A DNA stretch of 63,506 bases, counting the filler, from Folioceros fuciformis (taxonomy: Eukaryota): the NCBI GenBank assembly GCA_049999805.1. It is 7 parts of 7 records of this genome, joined end to end, with 100 filler letters (N's around TTAATTAATTAA, not from the genome) between each part and the next. Parts side by side here need not be neighbours in the genome. Positions count along the whole stretch, not along the records: positions 9,330 to 34,522 come from JBNGIO010000987.1; positions 34,623 to 38,007 come from JBNGIO010000988.1; 5 more parts are not named here. The stretch is one strand, 5' to 3'. The translations under genes and the position numbers were made by a program. Under the pieces are notes generated by a model. The model was given only the letters and a program-made list of their open reading frames with translations, was not told the DNA's origin and ran no database searches. Below are positions 23,847-34,649 of this stretch, in pieces; within the stretch, counting starts at the first letter, position 1, and every line of letters starts with the position of its first letter.

Positions 23847-26800
23847 TTACTTCTCCCCAACTACGAAACTATGCACCAGTCCTTCCATGTCTGTCCACCA
23901 GCTCTGACCTGGTTGCTTCCATGCCTGGATCCTTACTCTCCTCGCCTGCATCTGCTGTGCTTGCTCCCACATCTGGGCGCCGGTGTATATGCTAGACATC
24001 AGCAAATATGTGGCAGGATCTCTTTCCTCCAGCTTCAGTGCTTCTGCGAAGGCAGCTCGTCCCACTTCCACGTTGCTCCACTTTCGGCAAGCACCCAACA
24101 GAGTGTGCCAAACGGCAGCACTTGGGAGTGCAGGCATCGAGGTTACAAAATCCAGTGCCTCGTCCAGCCGGCCTGCACGGCCCAGCAGATCGACCATGCA
24201 TGTGTAGTGCTCCACCGTAGGTGTGATGCCGAATTGTCTGCTCATATCCTCAAAGTACTCTTTCCCTTGGTTCACTAGACCAGAATGACTGCATACTGTT
24301 AGGACACTGCAGAAAGTGATTCCAATTGGCTGTATGCCATCCTCTCTCATTCTCTTCAACAACTCAAACACCACTTCGTGGTCTCCTTGCGAGGTGTAGC
24401 CTGCAATCAGGGCACTCCAGGTGACAACATCTCGTGTGTGCAACGCATCGAACACCTTCTGTGCGTCAACTGTGCTCCCGCACTTTCCATACATGCTTAT
24501 CAAACTGCCGGCTACAAACAAGTCAGCTTGAAGGCCTTGTTCTTCAATCTGTGCATGCAGCTGTCTTCCCAGAAGGAAAGCTGCTACATTTCCACATGCC
24601 TGCAGGAGGCACACAAAAGTCATGGCATCGGGTACGGCTATGCCTTCTTCTTGCATTGTAGCGTAGACACGAAGGGCTTCCTGTCCCAAGCCCTCCTGGG
24701 AATATCCAGCAAGTAAAGCAGTCCAGGTCACCACATCCTTATGGCCAAGCCCATCAAACACTCTTCGGGCATCCTCTAGGCTGCCACACTTCGCATACAT
24801 GTTTACCAAGCTGTTCGCTACATACACATCAGCTTGGAATCCCTGTTGTCTGATTTGTGTATGAAGATGCTTTCCCTTATCCAAAGCTGGGGCTCCCACA
24901 CCTGCACATGCCTGTAGGAGGCATGCAAATGTCATGGCATTGGGCACAGCTATGCCTTCTTCTTGCATTGCATTGTAGAGTTGAAGGGCTTCCTGGCCCA
25001 TGGCCTGCTGGGAATATCCTGCAATCAAAGCAGTCCATGTGACAACGTCTTTTCTAGCGAGTCCATTAAACACTTTCCGAGAATCCTCTAGGCTGCCACA
25101 CTTTGCGTACATGTTCACCAGACTGCTGGCTACAAATTCATCTGATAGTTGTCCCTGTTCAGTAATTTGAGCATGAAGATTCCTCCCCTCCTCTAACGCT
25201 GCAGTCCCCACACTCGCGCACGCCTGCAGAAGGCACGCAGAGGTCACCTCGTCCGGTAAAGCCATGCCTTCTTCTTGCATTGCGCTGTAGAGGCCAAGGG
25301 CTTCCTGCCCCATGCCCTGCTGCGAATACCCTGCAATCATCGCAGTCCATGTCACCACATTTTTTTCAAGAAGCCCATCAAAAACAATCTGAGCATCTTC
25401 CAAGCTTCCACACTTCGCATACATATTCACCAAACTGCTGGCTACAAACACATCAGCTTGGTGTCCATGTTCTTTGATCTGAATATGGAGCTGTTTTCCC
25501 TTCTCCAAAGCAGGGGGCCCCACACTTGCACATGCCTGCAAGAGGCACACAAACGTCATAGAATTGGGGACAGCCATGTCATCTTCTTGCATAGCACTGT
25601 AAAGATGGAGAGCTTGAAGGCCCATACCATGCTGCGAGTACCCCGCTAGTAGAGCAGTCCACGTCCCCACATCTTTGTGATGAAGTCCATCAAACACCTG
25701 CTGAGCATCCTCTAGGCTGCCACACTTTGAATACATGTTTACCAAACTGTTGGCAACCAACACATCTGCTAGGTGACCTTGTTCTCTAATTTGTCTATGA
25801 AACTGCTTCCCCTTCTGCAGAGCCGGAGCACCAACGCTTGCACACGCCTGCAGTAGGCACATGAATGTCACGGAGTTGGGGGTAACGGTGCCTTCTTCCT
25901 GCATAGCACTGTAGATACGAAGTGCTTCCTGCCCCATGCCCTTTTGGGAATACCCCGCTATCATGGCATTCCACGTTACCACATTTCTTTCATCAAGTCC
26001 GTCAAACACTGCTTGAGCCTCGGCCAAGCTGCCACACTTTGCATACATGTCCACCAAGCAGCTACATACATATAAATCAGGCTCAATGCCACTGTTCAAT
26101 ATATCAGCATGCACCTGCTGCCCAGTTTCCAAGTCTGCTCCCCTTGCACACGCTTGAAGAGCTGCCACAAACAAATGGCCATCCGGCTTCACGTTTGATC
26201 TACGCATCTCGTGATACAAATGTATGGCCTGCTTGTCTTGTTCATGTTTAACATGCGCGGAGATTATCGAAGACCACAAGAAGGCATCCGGTTTGGCAGC
26301 CACGGTGAATACATCCATCGCGTCTTGCAACCTGCCATGAGAAGCATACATCCGCAGCACGTGATTGCACAGGAACGTGTCCGAGTGATGCCCTCTTTTA
26401 ACAGTGAGAGCATGCATGCGTCGACCCAGAACAAGATCTTTCTCTACTACACATTTCTTCAGGAGAGTATAGAAGAGAGTTCTGGAAACAGGAGACTCCG
26501 TCTGAACCAGAATTCCCAATGCTTCGACGGCCTCAGCGAGATGGCCCCCGTCACACAGCCTCCGCACAGCTTCTGCCGTAACACCCCTTTCGTATCCTGC
26601 AGGCCTCGGATAACCCGAGAACCTCCAGTTGAAATTTGAGGAGCGACAACCCATCTCCCCATCCACAGCAAAACGCTGGTCATCCTTCCCATCACTTTTC
26701 TCCTCACCACGGGCTGGCCACCTTGCGACGCTGCCGCACCTCGGAGTTTCCTTCTTTTGCTTGCTTGACGTCAAGTCAGGGGGGGCGCCCAGGCTGCCCG

Positions 26801-26897
26801 TCAAACCACGACTTTGCTGGGCACATGAGAAATGTCTACCCACCGGGTCGTGTTGCACTTTGCACGATGGCTCGATCGCAGCGCTCCAGACAGCCAT
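23847..26897 (-). CDS. PLS-class PPR protein (organellar RNA-editing factor type) with E domains and a WW-type PG box; no deaminase domain
   Basis: Six P-L-S triplets of about 105 aa (VVTWxAMIAGYSQ / FVCLLQAC / SLVNMYAKCGSLEDA), then P2-L2-S2, E domains and a C-terminus KQPGQSWWTDMEGLVHSFVVGEK*. First in-frame ATG at 26897; alternative at 26654. Confidence 0.95.
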   Translation of the reverse strand: MAVWSAAIEPSCKVQHDPVGRHFSCAQQSRGLTGSLGAPPDLTSSKQKKETPRCGSVARWPARGEEKSDGKDDQRFAVDGEMGCRSSNFNWRFSGYPRPAGYERGVTAEAVRRLCDGGHLAEAVEALGILVQTESPVSRTLFYTLLKKCVVEKDLVLGRRMHALTVKRGHHSDTFLCNHVLRMYASHGRLQDAMDVFTVAAKPDAFLWSSIISAHVKHEQDKQAIHLYHEMRRSNVKPDGHLFVAALQACARGADLETGQQVHADILNSGIEPDLYVCSCLVDMYAKCGSLAEAQAVFDGLDERNVVTWNAMIAGYSQKGMGQEALRIYSAMQEEGTVTPNSVTFMCLLQACASVGAPALQKGKQFHRQIREQGHLADVLVANSLVNMYSKCGSLEDAQQVFDGLHHKDVGTWTALLAGYSQHGMGLQALHLYSAMQEDDMAVPNSMTFVCLLQACASVGPPALEKGKQLHIQIKEHGHQADVFVASSLVNMYAKCGSLEDAQIVFDGLLEKNVVTWTAMIAGYSQQGMGQEALGLYSAMQEEGMALPDEVTSACLLQACASVGTAALEEGRNLHAQITEQGQLSDEFVASSLVNMYAKCGSLEDSRKVFNGLARKDVVTWTALIAGYSQQAMGQEALQLYNAMQEEGIAVPNAMTFACLLQACAGVGAPALDKGKHLHTQIRQQGFQADVYVANSLVNMYAKCGSLEDARRVFDGLGHKDVVTWTALLAGYSQEGLGQEALRVYATMQEEGIAVPDAMTFVCLLQACGNVAAFLLGRQLHAQIEEQGLQADLFVAGSLISMYGKCGSTVDAQKVFDALHTRDVVTWSALIAGYTSQGDHEVVFELLKRMREDGIQPIGITFCSVLTVCSHSGLVNQGKEYFEDMSRQFGITPTVEHYTCMVDLLGRAGRLDEALDFVTSMPALPSAAVWHTLLGACRKWSNVEVGRAAFAEALKLEERDPATYLLMSSIYTGAQMWEQAQQMQARRVRIQAWKQPGQSWWTDMEGLVHSFVVGEK

Positions 26898-27192
26898 ATT
26901 TTTCAGGAGCACAAGCTGATGAGTCTAAGCATGGCTTGAGCCATGTGTCTGACTGAATCACTGCTGACAATTTTTGCTCCTGGAACACCCTGTCACACCA
27001 ATCGTTTGCAAAGAAATTCTGTCGAGATTGCCGAGGAATGTATGATGGGTCTGGAGGATCTCACTGGCGCAACTAGCCGAGCATGATTTTCCGAAGAATC
27101 TGAGTTGGATTGAAGTTTGGTTGGATAGCCGGTGCTACAGGAAGGACTGCTGCCTGGCTGAACCAACCGAGCTGGCTGCTGCTGTTCTTTAC

Positions 27193-29784
27193 ATGCAGAT
27201 GGGCTTTCGTGGGCCTACATCAAACTCCAGGGATGCAAGGTACGAAAGATGCCTAACGGTGGAAGCCGTGAGCCAAGTATGTTGTCAGGGGCAGCTCACT
27301 GAGGCTGTAGAGGTGCTGGGAGTTCTGGTACAAACAGACTGCTGGATACCTCAGTCTCTCTTCTATACTTTGTTGAAAAGCTGCGTGGTTCACAAGGATC
27401 TGGTTCTGGGTCGCCGTCTCCATGCTCTAATCATTAGAGGGGGATACATATCGGACACGTTCTTGTGCAACCACATTATGAGAATGTATGCTTCAAATGG
27501 AAGGTTGCAAGACGCGATGGAGGTGTTCACCTTGGTTGCCAAGCCAGATGTCTTTACGTGGTCTGCCATAATTTCTGCACATGTTCAACACGGGCAAGAT
27601 AAGCAGGCTATAGTATTGTATCATAGGATGCGGAGGTCAAGTGTGAAGCCCGATGCTCATGGGTTTGTAGCAGCACTTCAGGCCTGTGGGAGGGGAGCAG
27701 ACTTGAGATCTGGGCAGCAGGTGCATGCTGATGTGTTGGCGAGTGGTGTCGAGTCTAATTTGTTTGTTTCCAGTTGCTTGGTGGACATGTACGCCAAGTG
27801 TGGTTGCTTGGAAGACGCTCAGAGAGTGTTTGATGGACTTGGTGAAAGGAACGTGGTGATCTGGAACGCGATGATAGCAGCTTATGCCCAACAGGGCATG
27901 GGGCAGGAAGCCCTTCGACTCTACAGGGCTATGCAAGATGAAGGGGTAGTTGGACCCAGTTCTGTGACATTTGTGTGCCTCTTGCAGGCATGTGGGAGTG
28001 TGGGCGTCCTGGCGTTGGAGAAGGGGAAGCAGCTTCATGCACAGATTCAGGAACGAGGACTTCTGGCTGAAGTGTTTGTAGCCAACAGTTTGGTAGACAT
28101 GTATGCTAAGTGTGGCAGCATACAGGATGCTCAGGGTGTGTTTGATGGCCTTGGTCAGAAAGATGTAGTCACGTGGAACGCCATGATCGCAGGATATTCC
28201 CAGCAGGGGATGGGGCAGGAAGCGCTTGATCTTTACAGGGGTATGCAAGAAGAAGGCATCGTTGTCCCCGATTCTGTGACATTTGTGTGTCTCCTACTTG
28301 CAAGCGCACTTGTTGGCAGTCCAGCCTTGGAGACCGGAAGGCAGCTTCATGAACAAATCAGAGAACAAGGACTTCAACGTCATGTGATTGTGGCCAACAG
28401 TTTGGTGAACATGTATGCAAAGTGTGGCAGCCTAGAGGATGCTCGAGCCATATTCGATATCCTCCCCGAGAAAGATGTGGTGACCTGGAGTGCCATGATA
28501 TCTGGATATTCCCAGCAGGGCATGGGGCATGAAGCACTCCACCTGTACAGGGCTATGCAAGACGAAGGCAGTGTTGCACCCGGTTGTGTGACATTTGTCT
28601 GCCTGCTGCAGGCATGCGCAACTGTGGGGCCCCCAGCTTTGGAGATGGGGAAGCAGCTTCATGTAACGATTAGAGAACAAGGTCTTCAAGCGGATCTGCT
28701 GTTGAATGGTAGCTTGGTGTGCATGTACGCAAAATGCGGCAGCCTGGAGGGTGCTCGTGGCGTATTTGACAGCCTGCATCAGAAAGATGTGGCGACATGG
28801 AATGCCATGATTGGAGGGTATTCCCAACAGGGTATGGGGCAGGAGGCCCTTGGTCTTTACAGGGCTATGCGAGAAAGTGTTGTTGCACCTGACTCAATTA
28901 CATTTGTCTGCCTCCTGCAAGTTTGCGCAAATTTAGCAGCTTTGCATGTGGGAAGGCAGCTACACGCCCATATCAAAACGCAAGGACTTCAAGAGGATGT
29001 GCTTATAGCCAGCGGCTTGATAAGCATGTACGGGAAGGCTGGGAGTATGGTCGATGCCCAGCAGGTGTTTGATGCGTTGCCCAGAAGGGAAATTGTCACC
29101 TGGAGTGCACTGGTCGCAGGATACGCTCGTCAAGGACTGAGTAAAGAGGTCTTTGACCTGTTCGTCAGCATGAGACAAGATGGCATACAGCCAGATGGCG
29201 TCATGTTTCTGAGTGTTTTAACAGCATGCAGTCATACAGGTCTAGTGAGCAAGGGGCAAGAGTACTTTGATTCTATGAGCAGACGGTATGGCATCACGCC
29301 CACAGTGGATCACTACACTTGCATGGTGGATCTTCTAGGTCGTGCCGGTCAATTGGGCGAGTCACTAGCTTTGATAAGGACGATGCCTGTATTGCCCAAC
29401 AAAGCAATCTGGCACGCGCTATTGAGTGCTTGTCGGAAATGGAGCAACGTGGAGATGGGCCTCCATGCTTTCAATGAAGCAGTGACACTAGACAAGAAAG
29501 ATGCTGCAGCGTATGTGCTGATGTCGAACATATACTCTGGTGCCCAAATGTGGGAGCAGGCACTGGCGTTGCAGGCACGGAGGACAGGAATGGGCGCCCG
29601 GAAGCAGCCTGGCAAGAGTTTCTGGACAGACATGGAGGGACTGGTGCATAGCTTTCTAGTTGGGGATAAGATGCATCCAGAAATTGAAGGGATACATGCA
29701 AGTCTGAATCAGCTTCTTCGCAGTATGACGCAAGTGGGGCAGGTGCCGCCTTTGCACCAGGTAATAGAAACGAAAATGAGCTGA
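27193..29784 (+). CDS. PLS-class PPR protein, paralogue of the divergent neighbour; E domains plus truncated DYW (E+)
   Basis: Five PLS triplets plus P2-L2-S2 and E domains. Ends KQPGKSFWTDMEGLVHSFLVGDKMHPEIEGIH...; no HxE/CxxC motif. Possible terminal intron 29761-29844. Confidence 0.95.
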   Translation: MQMGFRGPTSNSRDARYERCLTVEAVSQVCCQGQLTEAVEVLGVLVQTDCWIPQSLFYTLLKSCVVHKDLVLGRRLHALIIRGGYISDTFLCNHIMRMYASNGRLQDAMEVFTLVAKPDVFTWSAIISAHVQHGQDKQAIVLYHRMRRSSVKPDAHGFVAALQACGRGADLRSGQQVHADVLASGVESNLFVSSCLVDMYAKCGCLEDAQRVFDGLGERNVVIWNAMIAAYAQQGMGQEALRLYRAMQDEGVVGPSSVTFVCLLQACGSVGVLALEKGKQLHAQIQERGLLAEVFVANSLVDMYAKCGSIQDAQGVFDGLGQKDVVTWNAMIAGYSQQGMGQEALDLYRGMQEEGIVVPDSVTFVCLLLASALVGSPALETGRQLHEQIREQGLQRHVIVANSLVNMYAKCGSLEDARAIFDILPEKDVVTWSAMISGYSQQGMGHEALHLYRAMQDEGSVAPGCVTFVCLLQACATVGPPALEMGKQLHVTIREQGLQADLLLNGSLVCMYAKCGSLEGARGVFDSLHQKDVATWNAMIGGYSQQGMGQEALGLYRAMRESVVAPDSITFVCLLQVCANLAALHVGRQLHAHIKTQGLQEDVLIASGLISMYGKAGSMVDAQQVFDALPRREIVTWSALVAGYARQGLSKEVFDLFVSMRQDGIQPDGVMFLSVLTACSHTGLVSKGQEYFDSMSRRYGITPTVDHYTCMVDLLGRAGQLGESLALIRTMPVLPNKAIWHALLSACRKWSNVEMGLHAFNEAVTLDKKDAAAYVLMSNIYSGAQMWEQALALQARRTGMGARKQPGKSFWTDMEGLVHSFLVGDKMHPEIEGIHASLNQLLRSMTQVGQVPPLHQVIETKMS

Positions 29785-31160
29785 ACAACCTGGGTAATGG
29801 TGACACCAGTTTGGATCACCATCCGCAGTTGAAACATTTTGCAGGTTTTCAGTGATGGCTACAGTCCAAGGCCCACAAGTTGAACAGAAACAAGTAGAAG
29901 GCAAACTACCATCTACGAAGGTGCAAGTGGGATCTGGAGAGAGACGGATGAGTATGTCAGGGACTACTACAAGTGGTACTCTGACACATTTCATGTATTT
30001 GACAGAAGTCTAACCTGAGCAAGCTGTACTGAACCATGCATGCTGTGTGAAATCTTTGTTTTGGTTTCATCATGGTACGAGGACATTAGAATTCATGCTT
30101 CAGAGTTCCTGATTGCTTGCTTTGCTCAGTTGTGTTGGACTCTAGCCTATTTTCACGTGCACGCAGGTACTCTAGTAGCTTGTTCAACGACGGATTCGGA
30201 ATGGAGTTGCAAGGGCTTACTGACGGCCAGATGCTGCTTCGCGTCTGGACTTTTTCGCTTGCAGATGGAATTCCCAGCGATAGTGTCCCGTTGGATTCCG
30301 AGTTCTGAGCGTTGTGGTCAGGGAAAGCTCTTATGGTTCGTCATCTGCTTGCAGCCACTACTACAAAGGCAACTTCTGGTTCTGCGGCCAGTCATTTCCT
30401 TCGCTTGGTAAGGATTTGCGGCCTTATTGCGTTTCGTTGTTGTCGCTCAAGTTCGGAATGGCTACAGGAGACCTTGCTGGATGAAGGTCGGTGGCTGCAG
30501 AAGGACAGTTTAATTTAAGTCCACCAAGGACTGCGGCCTCGTTGCATGGCTGATTTTATGAGCAGCGATTTATCCTCGAATTTCTTATAACAAAATAAAG
30601 TTGTCATATTTATATATTATTGATTTGTAAAATATATCTTCTAGACGAATATCATATATTATACTACTGTATTGTTAAGCGTGCAAAATAAGGGGACGAA
30701 CCACAACTCTTGGTACGGCACGAAATTATGAGGGGGTCTAACCCGACTTCTCCAATGTGAACTGTGTGATCACACGCCTTACTTGCATGTCCCGCGTCGC
30801 TGGATTCTTGTCCTTTCTTTTCACGGGTAAATAAATTTTATTTTCTTTCTATAATAAGGTCCCTTTTTCCACCCAACGATACTCTGTCCTGCCAGTCTGT
30901 CGAGAGGAAACTAGGGCGCGTTGGCGGGGATTTGCGGGTATCACGCAGGGCAGTGAGGACGGAATGCGTGGATCGGAGCCAAGAGCATGAAATTGCGCAG
31001 AGACCACTAGCCGGGGCGTCATCAACGTTCACCTTGTCTCTTCGCGGAGTAACTTCAGCAATTCCTGCGCAGCAGCGACATGGACGGTGATCTGGTAAAT
31101 ATGTTGTAAGCACATACCTGAGCCGGAGCCCTGAGACTGATCTTCCACCATAAAAAGAAA

Positions 31161-31236
31161 GTTCCTGACAAGCGAGTTATGACATTTGCACAAAATAGAG
31201 TTCCTGACAAGCGAGTTATGACAATTGCACAAAGCA
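31161..31236. repeat. 39-bp tandem duplication
   Basis: 'gttcctgacaagcgagttatgaca(t/a)ttgcacaaa' at 31161 and 31200. Confidence 0.85.
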
Positions 31237-31387
31237 CCTGCAAGTTCAATGCGAGTGTCTGTCAAGTGCACTGGCACCATGCAGACATTAAGAGTATTGA
31301 ATGTCAGATATCAAGGCTATCATACTGTACAAGTTTCTCTAGTGCTGACGCACTTCCTGAACCAGTCAGGAGCCAGTGTGACCTCAT

Positions 31388-34036
31388 CTATCGTTCAATC
31401 AGGAAATTTGCCTTCAGGAAAAGGGAAGTGTCAATCCCACCTAACTGATCACCTCTGCTCTCACACCACAGACACACTCTTCTGGCAACCGTCTCAAGTT
31501 CTTCTTCTCTGTCCTTCAATAATGCCTCCACAGCCTCCTTCACCTTGGCAGGATCTGGTTTACCCTCCTCTTCACCTGGAGGGCATTCATACGCCACGTT
31601 CTCCTCGTCGTCACCAGCATGTGCCTTGAAAACGGCCACCGCTTCTTGAGGGAGGACTGGCAGCATAACAAAGGTTCTATCATTTCCATATTCATTGAAT
31701 GTGTCGATAACACACTTCCTCCGATTACCCTTCTCGCTCATCTTGGCTTTGCCTACAATTTCAGACGTGAGCCGCGAAACAAGCAGCTGCTTGAAGACAT
31801 TTCCCACTGCATCACTAGAGGGCAGGCATAAGTACAAGAGGACCTCCCAACATCTCCTCAGTTGGGTCTTCGATATTTTGAATGTTGACCTTGCACGCTC
31901 AACAAAAGATGATGGAGGGAGAAGTACACCCTTTGCGTCAGTGACATCCCCAACACCTGTCACCGAACACTGGTCACCAGCGTTCTCCCCTCCGGAAATG
32001 CTGTGCTCCACGTGACTCTGTATTCGTGAAATTGCTTCTTTTAATGCAGACTTGGCTGGGTCGAAAGAAATCAAGCGCAAGACATCCATGGATTCCCGCA
32101 ATGTCTGTAAAGACTCAGAGGGGTCCTCCATTGTCACATCAAAGCAACCCCTATTGTCGGCACTGGCGTTGAGAGTCTCCAACAAATGGCGCCCATATCC
32201 CTTTCCCTGGTAAGATGGTAATACTAGAATCTGCATGCAGCCAACGGAAAGTGCAGCTGATAAGGCATCATAGCCCTTCCCAAAAAGAGCACGTGGAGTA
32301 CACCAGTTCTTTACCTGACTAAGACGAAGCCTTGTGCTCTCTGGATGGCGATAGAAGTTGTAAACAGTGGCCGATCCAATCACCTTCAAAGAGGCCACTT
32401 TACGCTGTTTCTCTGCGGGTGGCTGAATGCAAACATATATTTCCCAGCGTGGATCCTTAACATCAATTTCGCTTGCTCCTGATCATGTACAATTAGTCAA
32501 CAGGAGTGATTGGCAGGTAGCCCGTCAATTTGGACAAAACGAAATGAATTCAGCGAGAATCAGGATCGCCCTTACCATCAATAAAGAGCAAGGCTAGTGA
32601 GGACATTCGTTCTTGCCACTCCCTCACTTCCTTATTCAAGATTTTGAAGCGGGCAATCTATGAAAAGGACTCCAATATGTCAGTTACCTGAGGATATTTG
32701 CAACATACCACCTACAAACACAATAAATACAGAACGAGAACGAGGAGTTCTGAACTCTCGTTTCCGAGATACACACACCCTTTCAATACCTCACAACGAG
32801 TGCCTGCGTCATCTCCTGATAGATCTGGCTCACGAAAATCTGCCACAAGCTCTCCATGGTTTTTTCTCATTTCCCTGTCAGCACGAGGAACAGTGTAATG
32901 AGTTGCTATGACAGGGAAGAAAACATGGATGATGACGTCCACCGAGAAGTTGCTATCTCCATCTACAACAATAACAGTCTCTTATAGGAGAGCATGCAAA
33001 GTCCAAACCACAGTTGAAGGCTATCTTACTCGAATGAACTTGAGTAGACGGAGAAGTTGTGGATAAATTCTTCACGGCTTTGGACTAGACCGAACTTAAA
33101 CATGTCCTGAAGTTTCATCGCGAGGGTCAATGAGCTGATGTCGCAATCAAACGCAGAACTGGAACCAGCCAGAGGCACAGACACACCTTCAACTTTTCTC
33201 GGATGTCGGTAGTAAACCTTCCCGGCGCAACAGTCTGCAAGAAGAACCGCTTAAAATCAAAAGCAGTGCAGCAAACAGCAGCTCAAGTTGTCACCTCGCG
33301 TGAAACGGCCTGACAACGAGCAGACACTGCACGGGTCATTCACATCACCTGATTTTTGCTTTCGAACTGGATGTCTGCATAAACGTGCAAGGAAGCAGCA
33401 TGTATCCAGACATCGATCTGCCACAAAGGTATCCACTTGCTAAAGACCGAGCTTTTGATGTCACAAACTCACTGAACGGTGAGAACAAGTGCAAGCCACA
33501 AGCTTCGGGCACACACCACACACCTTGAGACCCCTGTAGCCATATATGCGTCCATCCTCTCCAAAGTACCGATGGATGTACACCGGAGAAAATGCAGAAC
33601 CGCCACTCGTAGAGACCCCCTCCTGCTGCACATCGTCCGCCCTGCTGACTGCCACAACGCCAAGACACAGCAATTCAGGTGACAAGCACTAGTCCAGCTA
33701 CGCCAGTTAGGTGGGCAACACACCACGTACAAGACCTCATCGAAACCTCGCGCACGACAAACCAGGGACGAGAGAAGCAGGGCTAACCTAAGTGCAGCTT
33801 GATACAGTCAGTGGCCAGCAAAAACGAAGGTTCTCCTTCTGCACGTAGAATGCACCGGGAAAACAAACCACATGGTGAGGCAACAGCTCTTCACAACTTC
33901 CCCGCCAAAATATCCGCAATTCGCATCACGGCTTGTAAGAAGAAGGCAGGCAGCACTCACCAGCTTGAAAGCCAACCCTGCGTCGCTTGGCAGGCGACTT
34001 GACGGACGCGGACGGGCCGCCTCCAGATTTCTTCAT
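31388..34036 (-). CDS. HAT1: Histone acetyltransferase type B catalytic subunit (HAT1/HAG2), multi-exon
   Basis: MKKSGG...AKRRRVGFQA, ATDCIKLHL, RYFGEDGRIYGYRGLK, LALLFIDG, DPRWEIY, VYNFYRHPESTRLRLSQ|ILVLPSYQGKGYG (GNAT motif A), VTMEDPSESLQ. Confidence 0.93.
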
Positions 34037-34649
34037 CACGACTACGCGTCAACAAAGCTTGCCGCCCAACGTAGAAAGGGATCTGCATATGTGGCGGGAA
34101 TTGGAAGCAGGTGTGGAGTGGATCCGACCCCTGCGTGCATGAGGAGGAGCCGTGCGTGCATGCGGGGGACCCTCGATTCCCAAGACCCTCTCCCTCTCGT
34201 CGCCACCATACGGGCTTTCCCGCCACCCACCATGAAGCTCACATTTTTATTTTTTAAAACACTGAGAGAAAACTGGCTGAGCTTCGAAATAGAGGTGTTA
34301 AGCGTTAATAACGTTGCATGGGGTGAGCGAGGGACGCAGGTGGCAGCAGGTAGTAGGTAGTAGGTAGTACATACATACATAGGCTACTGGTAGGTAGTAA
34401 AGTAAAGTGGAGGTGAGTGAGTGAGGAGAAAAGGCGAGTGGTAGGCAGGTTAGAGTAGGTGGGTAGGAAAAGGCACGAGGCAGAGGGTATGTACGTAGAA
34501 GGAAGGGCGGTCGGTGTATATGNNNNNNNNNNNNNNNNNNNNNNNNNNNNNNNNNNNNNNNNNNNNTTAATTAATTAANNNNNNNNNNNNNNNNNNNNNN
34601 NNNNNNNNNNNNNNNNNNNNNNGGTATAGCCAGAGTCCTTGGACGGGTG

